From Actinomycetota bacterium (GTDB lineage: Bacteria > Actinomycetota > Acidimicrobiia > Actinomarinales > Actinomarinaceae): DNA of 50,232 nt. Below, piece after piece: positions 6,509 through 14,457 of the stretch; the first letter of the stretch is position 1, and every line of letters starts with the position of its first letter. The stretch is taken from NCBI GenBank assembly GCA_036163695.1, contig JAYZKG010000020.1, forward strand, positions 1 to 50,232. Direction: 5' to 3'. The translations under genes were made by a program, and so were the position numbers. Below the pieces are notes generated by a model. That model worked only from the letters and a program-made list of their open reading frames with translations, did no database searches and was not told the DNA's origin.

Positions 6509-9502
6509 GTGTCAGTAATTCATGAAGTAGAGAGGAAGTCCAGATTTGGATCTAAGTATGTTGCGTCTATAAGCCTGTTAGTAATGTCTATTCTTGCTGC
6601 TACATGGATTGGTTTTTTTCTTTTCCTTCCTATAAAGTCAGGGATGTCCATAGTAGATTCCCTTGAGGAACGATTCCTGCCGAGAGCAGAGGGGATGGTT
6701 TTAGATTTTACCTCTTTATCAGAACCTTCAATAATTATTTCTTCCGATGAAATTGAGCTAGCTGAACTCCATGATGGTTTAAACAGAGACCTAATCCCTC
6801 TCTCTGAAATTCCTCCTTTTGTAGTTAATACTCTTCTTGCAGCAGAAGATAGTAATTACTATAAACATGAAGGTGTTGACTTTATAGCTATTGCCAGTGC
6901 CGTTCTGGATAATTTGAGAGGCATAACTAGAGGAGGTTCAACAATCACTTCTCAAGTAGCAAAACTGTCATTTGTTGGAGATGAAATATCTATAAGAAGA
7001 AAGATAACGGAAGCGGTTGTTGCTGCAGAGCTTGAGAGGAGATATACAAAAGATCAAATACTTGAGTATTATTTGAATTCAATTTATTGGGGTTCAGGTG
7101 CATATGGAATAAAATCTGCTTCATATGAATATTTCGATAAAAATGTAGATGAATTGACCCTGGATGAAGCAGCAACTCTAGTAGTGATAATAAGAAGCCC
7201 TGCATACTATAACCCAAGAAAATATCCTGAAAGAGTATTAGAGAGAAGAAATGGTGTTCTAGAAACAATGCTCAGAGAAAAGTTTATTGTCGAAGTCCAA
7301 TATAGAGCAGCAAAAATAGCTCCTCTGAATATTGCTGAGTCAAAAATTCTTGAAAACCCAGCAGAGCACGTAGTAGCAGAGGTCAAAAGACAATTACTTA
7401 ATGAGCCTCAATTTGCATTTCTAGGAAAAACTAATGCAGAGAGGAAGCAGGCATTATTCGGTTGCCCTTCAGATGATGTAACCTGCACCGGTGGTGGTGG
7501 ATTAAAAATATACACAACTTTAGATTTAAGTCTTCAAGAACATGCAAATAAAGTATTGAATAAATGGGTTCCACCTGATCTCTCAGGAGATGAAGATGCT
7601 GACCCTAGACCAACAGGAGTTATAACTCTTCTAGACAACTACTCAGGAGCAATAAGAGTAATGGCTTCTGGCTTACCATTTGAAGAAGAACAGTATAACT
7701 TAGCAACACAGGGGAAAAGGAATCCGGGTTCAGCTTTCAAACCAATCACTTTACTTGCTGCTTTAGAATCAGGAACAAAATTATATTCAAATAGAGACTC
7801 TAGAAGCCCTGTTGAAATCAATTGTGGCTACCCCTGTGCGCCTGATGGTATAGGTACAAAATGGGTTGTAAGAAACTACGGAACATCAATTACTGCTGAT
7901 CGCTATTTAAGTAAATTCCCTGCATTGGACAGAGCTATAGAACTCCAGTGTATTGATACACATATTGAGGAAATAAAAACGAAAGACTTCATTGATCAAT
8001 TCCCCCTTGTAGAAGATATAGAAGAATATGAGACTGAAGAAGAAAAAATGTTAGCAATCGGTAAAGCTCTTGGACAGTATGACGAAGAAGGAAATCCGGT
8101 TTTAATGGACAATGAAGGGAAGAAATATGTAATTAATGAGAACAGAGAAAGGGTCTACTTTGATATAGAAGGAAGGAAAATACTTTCTGATGAAGACGGG
8201 ACTAGATATGTATTAGGAAAAGATTCATTAGGATTAGAAGATATTAGAATTTATGCATTTGAAGAGCAAGAAATAATTGAAGATTTAAGTACACTTGATG
8301 AATTTATAAGCATAGATACAGAAAGTGAGTATCAATACGTATATAAACCATGTCTTAATAAATCAACTTATAATGTTTCAATAAGAAGGCTAGATGATTC
8401 AGGTATGATATCACTTGAAGAAGCTACGAGGAGATCTGTAAATACTGTTTTTGCTCAAGTAGCATCTGAACTCGGTGGTGAAAAATTGGCATCTACAGCA
8501 AAGAAGTTGGGGATTTCTTCTTATTTAGATCCTGTTATCTCATTAACACTCGGAGCTGGTGCTGTAACTCCGATTGAAATGGCATCTGCTTATAGTAGCT
8601 TTGCTACAAATGGCGTATTAGCACCCCCATACCTGATAGAAAGGATTGAGGACACAGAAGGGAATGTACTATATCAACATATAACGTCTCCAAGAGTATC
8701 AATTGCCGACCCAGGTGCTGCAGCTGCAGTAAGGAAGACTCTTGAAGTTGCTGCACAGAGAGGGACAGGAACTAGGGCTTTGCTTGATGATAGAAACATT
8801 GCAGGGAAGACTGGAACTCACCAAGGTTTTAGGGAAGCTTGGTTTATAGGGTTTATCCCTCAGTACACTTCATCTGTTTGGATTGGTTTTGCTGAAGAGC
8901 AGTTACCGTTAAGGAATGTAACAATTAATGGAGAGGTTTATAGAACTGTCTCTGGAGGAAGAGTTCCTGCTCCAATATGGAAAGAGTTTATGGATAAAGT
9001 AGTAGAAGATCTCCCAATAGAAAACTGGCCTAACACTCCAAGTGACCTAGATAAGTATTATGAGATTCCGACTGGAGAAATCCCTGAATTAATTGGTTTG
9101 AATGTTCTTGATGCTGAAGAAATTTCTTTTGCTTCATATTTTCTACCAATTGTGACTTTGGTTAATTCTGAAGAAGAACCCGGAGTGGTTCTTTCTCAAA
9201 GTGTAGAGGCTGGAGAAGAGATGCCTGAAGGAACAGAAATTCTCTTAGAAGTTGCTTCTTCACCACTTAGCGCACAAATTCCAAGTATTGCTCCTTGTAC
9301 AACAACTTTGGAAGAAGCTGAAAGTTTATTTAAGAAATTTATGAGGGATACGGGAGTTGTAGTTTTTCTTAATTATTCATATGAGAATACGAATATACAA
9401 ACCTGTGATGGAAAAATACTTGGTACAAACGTTTCACAAGGTGCGGTAGTCTCTTCTGGAGATACAATTCTGCTTATTGTCTCTTCCACTACAGAAGATT
9501 AA
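6509..9502 (+). CDS. ponA: Class A penicillin-binding protein (glycosyltransferase GT51 plus transpeptidase) with two C-terminal PASTA-like domains and a large internal insertion
   Basis: 997 aa with an N-terminal TM helix. GT51 motifs are EDSNYYKHEGVD and RGGSTITSQ. Transpeptidase motifs are SAFK (S408), SVN (S643) and KTGT (AGKTGTHQG). The C-terminal segments (about 9071..9499) look like PASTA domains. GTG start. Confidence 0.9.
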   Translation: MSVIHEVERKSRFGSKYVASISLLVMSILAATWIGFFLFLPIKSGMSIVDSLEERFLPRAEGMVLDFTSLSEPSIIISSDEIELAELHDGLNRDLIPLSEIPPFVVNTLLAAEDSNYYKHEGVDFIAIASAVLDNLRGITRGGSTITSQVAKLSFVGDEISIRRKITEAVVAAELERRYTKDQILEYYLNSIYWGSGAYGIKSASYEYFDKNVDELTLDEAATLVVIIRSPAYYNPRKYPERVLERRNGVLETMLREKFIVEVQYRAAKIAPLNIAESKILENPAEHVVAEVKRQLLNEPQFAFLGKTNAERKQALFGCPSDDVTCTGGGGLKIYTTLDLSLQEHANKVLNKWVPPDLSGDEDADPRPTGVITLLDNYSGAIRVMASGLPFEEEQYNLATQGKRNPGSAFKPITLLAALESGTKLYSNRDSRSPVEINCGYPCAPDGIGTKWVVRNYGTSITADRYLSKFPALDRAIELQCIDTHIEEIKTKDFIDQFPLVEDIEEYETEEEKMLAIGKALGQYDEEGNPVLMDNEGKKYVINENRERVYFDIEGRKILSDEDGTRYVLGKDSLGLEDIRIYAFEEQEIIEDLSTLDEFISIDTESEYQYVYKPCLNKSTYNVSIRRLDDSGMISLEEATRRSVNTVFAQVASELGGEKLASTAKKLGISSYLDPVISLTLGAGAVTPIEMASAYSSFATNGVLAPPYLIERIEDTEGNVLYQHITSPRVSIADPGAAAAVRKTLEVAAQRGTGTRALLDDRNIAGKTGTHQGFREAWFIGFIPQYTSSVWIGFAEEQLPLRNVTINGEVYRTVSGGRVPAPIWKEFMDKVVEDLPIENWPNTPSDLDKYYEIPTGEIPELIGLNVLDAEEISFASYFLPIVTLVNSEEEPGVVLSQSVEAGEEMPEGTEILLEVASSPLSAQIPSIAPCTTTLEEAESLFKKFMRDTGVVVFLNYSYENTNIQTCDGKILGTNVSQGAVVSSGDTILLIVSSTTED

Positions 9503-10878
9503 ATTAATTTAACTACAAAATTATATAAACCCATTACACCAAATCCTGTTGCCCCTTTTCCTCTTACTAATTCGTTATCAGATGACCTTGCTGGTCCAGC
9601 AATATCAAGATGTATCCATGGATAGTCGTCAATAAACTCTTCTAATAAGAGGGCAGCGGTTATCGCTCCTCCAAATCTTCCTCCAGTATTTTTCATATCG
9701 GCAATATCTGAGTCAATTAAATTTCTATATTGAGTATGAAGAGGCAGGCTAGAAAAAATTTCCCCAAATTCTTTTGAAGCATCAATGAATTTTTTTTCGT
9801 ATTCTTCGTTATTGGAAAATACTGCGCCAATATCTGGCCCTAGAGCCACTTTTGATGCGCCAGTTAAAGTTGCAACATCAATAATTAAATCTGGCTTGTC
9901 TTCTGCAGCATATGCTAATGCATCTGCCATTATTAATCTTCCCTCAGCATCTGTATTCAGGACTTCAATTGTCTTTTTATTTCTAGTCGTTAAAACGTCT
10001 CCTGGTCGAATGGCCTTGCCACTTGGCATATTCTCAACTAGAGGAGTTAGTACTCTGACCCCTATGTCTAATTTCATTTCAGAAACTATATGCATAAGGC
10101 CCCATACTGTTGCTGCACCAGACATATCAGTCTTCATAGTATCCATCCCTGAAGGGGATTTTAATGAAAGTCCTCCGGAGTCAAACATCACCCCTTTCCC
10201 TATTAATGACAACTGAAACTCAGCAGAAGGATTGTAAATACCTTCAAGTAAATAAGGTTCTCTTTCGGAACCTTTGGCTACCCCCAAGACTCCTCCAAAA
10301 TTATTTTTCTCTAGCCAAGTTTTATCATGTATAGAAATTTCAAGACCCGAAATAAGTTTATCCACACTCTCTACAAACTGTGCGGGACTTTTATCTAGTG
10401 AAGGTCTATTTATTTGATCCCTAACCCACATTACTGATTTAGCAATGATTTCAATCTCTTCAAGCCCTTGAAATTTTTCTGAATTAACCTTTGGCATAGT
10501 TGCATCTTGATCTTTATATTCGTTAAAACTGTACTGTTGAAGAAGAAGTCCTAGGTAGAACTTTCCGAACTCAAAATCTTCAGAGATATTTATAAAATCT
10601 AATTCTGTATTACCTTCTATGTGCTTTGATACAATAGCACCAATAGTTAAGTAATCCTCTAGGTTATCTAACCCCTGAGCACCGACTATAAGGTTCGGGA
10701 TTTTATCTTTTAAAGCAAATGAAGGAAGGAGGATTGATTCCTTGAGGTTTCCCTGAAAATCATAAAGTTCAAGTACTTCTGTTACTTCTTCTTCTGTTAG
10801 AGACAAGTGTTTATTTAGGTCAACACTTACATCTTGAACAAAAATTACCTTCATTCTTTTCATACTTGTAAGCCTCAA
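9499..10878 (-). CDS. pepA: Leucyl aminopeptidase (peptidase M17)
   Basis: Carries the M17 signature NTDAEGRL and VMFDSGGLSLK. The track start at 10878 is TTG. An ATG at 10863 (MKRMKV...) is preceded by GAGG at 9 nt and is the more likely start. Confidence 0.9.
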   Translation of the reverse strand: MRLTSMKRMKVIFVQDVSVDLNKHLSLTEEEVTEVLELYDFQGNLKESILLPSFALKDKIPNLIVGAQGLDNLEDYLTIGAIVSKHIEGNTELDFINISEDFEFGKFYLGLLLQQYSFNEYKDQDATMPKVNSEKFQGLEEIEIIAKSVMWVRDQINRPSLDKSPAQFVESVDKLISGLEISIHDKTWLEKNNFGGVLGVAKGSEREPYLLEGIYNPSAEFQLSLIGKGVMFDSGGLSLKSPSGMDTMKTDMSGAATVWGLMHIVSEMKLDIGVRVLTPLVENMPSGKAIRPGDVLTTRNKKTIEVLNTDAEGRLIMADALAYAAEDKPDLIIDVATLTGASKVALGPDIGAVFSNNEEYEKKFIDASKEFGEIFSSLPLHTQYRNLIDSDIADMKNTGGRFGGAITAALLLEEFIDDYPWIHLDIAGPARSSDNELVRGKGATGFGVMGLYNFVVKLI

Positions 10879-10885
10879 ATTATTC

Positions 10886-11425
10886 CTAAGAAACTAATAT
10901 TAATGTACCTACTGCGCCAATTGAAGTTAAAAATGATAAATAACTTAACCCGGTTGCAGCCATAACTCCTGAATAACCTCTTTCATTGAGGGAAAAATTT
11001 GCTCCAGTTACAAGAAGACAGGTTGCTAAGAACAACCCAGCAACAACGTAATCTAGAAGCTGGGAAAGAGAACTACTGCTATTTGTAATATTAATTAGTT
11101 CACTTAGCATAGCTATAGCTGAGCTTGAAATCCCAAATTTTGCAACCTGTTTCATCCCAATTCTGCTAATTGTTGGGTCCACAAGAAACCAATGTCCAAT
11201 CAACATAAGCGCAAAAATAGATGCATTAATTGATACGAGTAAATAGTTCTTTATGCCTAAATCTAAAATAAATCCGTTACTAAAGATAGATGGGAGAGTT
11301 AATGCAAAAATAATTACAAAAGAAAGATAATAAAAGCCTTTCCTAGGTTTAGTGGAATATCCTATATATAGAATAAATGGGACTAAGTCTAGTCCTAAGA
11401 TATAAAGATATTCGCTCAAATCCAT
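10886..11425 (-). CDS. Polytopic membrane protein of unknown function
   Basis: About 5-6 hydrophobic helices. I trimmed the 231-aa track ORF to the ATG at 11425 (MDLSEYLYILGL...), because the upstream extension is low-complexity and overlaps the start of the divergent SpoIID-like gene. Confidence 0.5.
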   Translation of the reverse strand: MDLSEYLYILGLDLVPFILYIGYSTKPRKGFYYLSFVIIFALTLPSIFSNGFILDLGIKNYLLVSINASIFALMLIGHWFLVDPTISRIGMKQVAKFGISSSAIAMLSELINITNSSSSLSQLLDYVVAGLFLATCLLVTGANFSLNERGYSGVMAATGLSYLSFLTSIGAVGTLILVS

Positions 11426-11529
11426 ACATTTAATAGAATATACCTTGTTAGGTAATAAAAAAATGAAACTGAATATATTACTTTTTTTATGTAATATTGT
11501 ATTTTTATATAATAAACTGAAACGGGGCA

Positions 11530-14457
11530 TTGAAGTTGTCAAATAACAAAGTTGTATTGTCTTTTTTGATTGCAATATCAATTATTTTCTTTTCTAGTCA
11601 AGACCTCTCATATGCAGCAGACTGCCCAAATAATGCAAATGCTCCTTTGTCTTCAACTTTAGATCTGCAGAGATATTTGGATTGTAATGGATTCAGTCCT
11701 GGTCCTATTGATGGATCTATGGGGCCTCAAACAAAACAAGCTATAAAAACATTTCAAGCAACTAACGGCCTTGTTGCCGATGGTGTTGTCGGGCCAAAAA
11801 CAAAAGCAGCAATGCGTGCGTATACTTCAGCAAATTTTACTTTTACTGGATCTGGATGGGGACATGGTGTAGGACTAAGTCAGTATGGAGCTAAAGGTCT
11901 TGCAGAAATAGGGGCATCTTTCTGTAGTGACACAAACTCATGTACAAGTAATGAAATAGTGAAATACTACTTCACCGATACAAATGTAGAAAATCTTTCT
12001 GCTCTTTCATTGTCTTCTCCTGCTATAGCAACAAATGAGGAGGCTATCTGGGTTAACCTTGCTAGAAATGCAAATTCAGTAAGCATTACTGCTTTGCCTT
12101 CATCTTCTCCTCCAACTATTTCTATATGTCAGGCAGGATTAAATAAAACTGCGCAAGCTCAAATATTTCTTTCTACTAGAGGATACGAACCTGGACCAAT
12201 TGACGGTTCTTTTGGACCCAAAACTGAGTCTGCAATAAAGAATTACCAAGCATCTAAAGGATTGGGACAGTCAGGAAGTATAGATGATGATACTTATAAT
12301 CAAATGAAATCAGATGCAGCAGTAGATGGGCCTTGCGAATCTCCTTTAGGCCCACTAAAAATTGGAGGTGGAGCAACACTTAAATTTCAGAACTATAAAG
12401 GAAGCTGCTCAATCAGAGGGCACTACTTAGCCCCTTCTGCTTCAGGAAGTTGTGATCTCTCTATTAAATGGACAGACGGCGGAAGATTGAGGATTGGTTC
12501 TAGAGAATTAAATCATGGGAGCTTAAAGTTTAGGACCACAGGAGTTAGTTCTGGTTTTCATGTCGTTCTAGCAATAGACCTAGAAAACTACTTACTAGGA
12601 CTTGCAGAGATGCCCTCTCATTGGAATGTTAAAGCTTTAGAAGCACAAGCTCTAGTTGGAAGAAGCTATGCAGTTTACCAATACTTAAAAACAAATAATC
12701 CTGGGAAAAAAACAGAACTCGATGCTGGGCTTTCGGACTCAACAAAAAAATACTGTTGGTGCCATATTGGCTCAACTGCTTCAAGTCAGTATTATTATGG
12801 GTATCTCAAAGAAATTTCTGGACCTAATTGGGCTACAGCAGTTAGAAATACTGCGGGCCAAGTAATCACCCATTCCTCATCTACATACACGATGAGTAAT
12901 GTTATTCAGTCATTCTATTCTTCATCAACTGGTGGGAAAACAAATGATAATGTAGTTGGTTTTGGATCAGGCACTAAGTGGCCATATCTAACTACCGTGG
13001 ATGACCCTTGGTCAATTGATACTAGAGTAAGCAATGCGCAAGCTGCTTGGTCTTATGACTTTAGTGGATACCAATTGACTTCAAATATTCTTTGTGGAGA
13101 CAGTAGGTGTTTTGATTCAATAACTGATATCTACGTCTCTTCTGTTGCAGAATCTGGTGCAGCTGTAGAAGTTACAATAAAAGGATACAAGAATGGGGCC
13201 CTTAAAACTGTTACGAAATCTGGAAGAAACATAAAATCTCAACTTGGGTTTAAGTCTCATTATTTTAAGACTTCTAGCGCATCTGATGCTTCAAATCTTT
13301 CTGTAGGTCCCGTTACAATTCAGAACTCTTCAAGTAGCTCTACTGAAGCTTCCTCGAGCAGTAGTTCTGGAGATACACCAATTTACACTACTTCAAGTAA
13401 AGGATTGGACTACCTTTCTATATCAGGAATAATAACTAGGTGTGATGAAACTGCTACTGCTTGTCAAGCAAAAGTGCTTACTAGGGAAGAAGCGGCCGCT
13501 ATATCGATAATTACTAGTCAAATTCCACTCACGTCACCTAATGCATACAGTGATGATGATCAGAGTATTTACCAATCTGCTATTAATGCTCTACCTTATT
13601 ATGGAATGCATGTCTGTATAGACACAGGTATCGGCTTTCTTCCGAAAGATAGCTTGGGACGAGATGAATTTGCTTGTATTTTAGTTAAGTCACTACAAGT
13701 TGGAGAAAGTGATGAGCTAAGCGGAAGGGAAGATCCATATACAGACGACGGAGGGAGCCAATGGGATAAGGAATTACACACTCTTGCAGCAAATAATTTA
13801 ATGCCAGCTTGCTCTACTTTAAGTGAAAAAGTATGCCCTAGTAGAAAAATAACTGTTGGAGAAGCTGCCTATATAGTGAATAAAATGATCGAACAGTCTT
13901 TAATTTCTTCTGATTTATACTCTACTGACAATTTTAATAACTCCTGGGCCGTTGCTCAAGGAGAGGTAGAAGAGGTAACAAACACTGCAGTCTCTAATGT
14001 TGGGTCAACTGCGGGTTGCTCTCCTAAAGATAACTCGAACAGAGTGTTTAATAATAGTTTAGACATACAGAGGTTCTTAGCTGATAATGGTTTTAACCCT
14101 GGGCCAATTGACGGACAAATAGGTGAAAAAACAAGAATAGCTATAAAAGAGTTCCAAAGACAAGCTGGAGTTACTGCTGATGGTGTCGTAGGTACTAAAA
14201 CTAAGCTTGCAATGAAAAGTTGGACGGGTTGTAATACCTGCTTGGCAAGAGACAATTCCAATGCAGACTTGTCAGATATAACTGGTGTGCAAACTTTCCT
14301 TGCAAATAATGGTTTCAATCCTGGAGTTATAGATGGGAAAATGGGTTCTTATACTAAAGAAGCAATAAAGGCTTTCCAAAGAGAGGTCGGGCTTATTCCA
14401 GATGGCGTAGCTGGAAACAGAACAAAGTCTGCTATGAAAAATTATACTGGCTGTTAA
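11530..14457 (+). CDS. Secreted multidomain cell-wall protein with a SpoIID/LytB domain, four PG_binding_1 repeats, a Ser-rich linker and three SLH-like repeats
   Basis: Signal peptide MKLSNNKVVLSFLIAISIIFFSSQDLSYA. SpoIID motifs are GWGHGVGLSQYGA, LAEMPSHWNVKALEAQALVGRSYA and YSSSTGGKT. PG-binding repeats of the type LQRYLDCNGFSPGPIDGSMGPQTKQAIKTFQ...DGVVGPKT occur at about aa 40, 200, 850 and 915. TTG start (11530, or TTG at 11536). Confidence 0.8.
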   Translation: MKLSNNKVVLSFLIAISIIFFSSQDLSYAADCPNNANAPLSSTLDLQRYLDCNGFSPGPIDGSMGPQTKQAIKTFQATNGLVADGVVGPKTKAAMRAYTSANFTFTGSGWGHGVGLSQYGAKGLAEIGASFCSDTNSCTSNEIVKYYFTDTNVENLSALSLSSPAIATNEEAIWVNLARNANSVSITALPSSSPPTISICQAGLNKTAQAQIFLSTRGYEPGPIDGSFGPKTESAIKNYQASKGLGQSGSIDDDTYNQMKSDAAVDGPCESPLGPLKIGGGATLKFQNYKGSCSIRGHYLAPSASGSCDLSIKWTDGGRLRIGSRELNHGSLKFRTTGVSSGFHVVLAIDLENYLLGLAEMPSHWNVKALEAQALVGRSYAVYQYLKTNNPGKKTELDAGLSDSTKKYCWCHIGSTASSQYYYGYLKEISGPNWATAVRNTAGQVITHSSSTYTMSNVIQSFYSSSTGGKTNDNVVGFGSGTKWPYLTTVDDPWSIDTRVSNAQAAWSYDFSGYQLTSNILCGDSRCFDSITDIYVSSVAESGAAVEVTIKGYKNGALKTVTKSGRNIKSQLGFKSHYFKTSSASDASNLSVGPVTIQNSSSSSTEASSSSSSGDTPIYTTSSKGLDYLSISGIITRCDETATACQAKVLTREEAAAISIITSQIPLTSPNAYSDDDQSIYQSAINALPYYGMHVCIDTGIGFLPKDSLGRDEFACILVKSLQVGESDELSGREDPYTDDGGSQWDKELHTLAANNLMPACSTLSEKVCPSRKITVGEAAYIVNKMIEQSLISSDLYSTDNFNNSWAVAQGEVEEVTNTAVSNVGSTAGCSPKDNSNRVFNNSLDIQRFLADNGFNPGPIDGQIGEKTRIAIKEFQRQAGVTADGVVGTKTKLAMKSWTGCNTCLARDNSNADLSDITGVQTFLANNGFNPGVIDGKMGSYTKEAIKAFQREVGLIPDGVAGNRTKSAMKNYTGC

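Noticed and set aside
9785-10216. 143-aa ORF antisense to pepA
   Set aside because: It overlaps the M17 catalytic core (NTDAEGRL region) on the other strand and has no start context or motifs. It is a shadow ORF.
11426-11581. N-terminal 52-aa extension of the 231-aa membrane-protein ORF, and a 27-aa ORF at 11463..11546
   Set aside because: The extension is Lys/Ile/Phe low-complexity sequence that runs through the divergent promoter region and overlaps the SpoIID-like start. The internal ATG at 11425 gives a sensible membrane protein. The 27-aa ORF overlaps the TTG start and signal peptide of the next gene and has no support.
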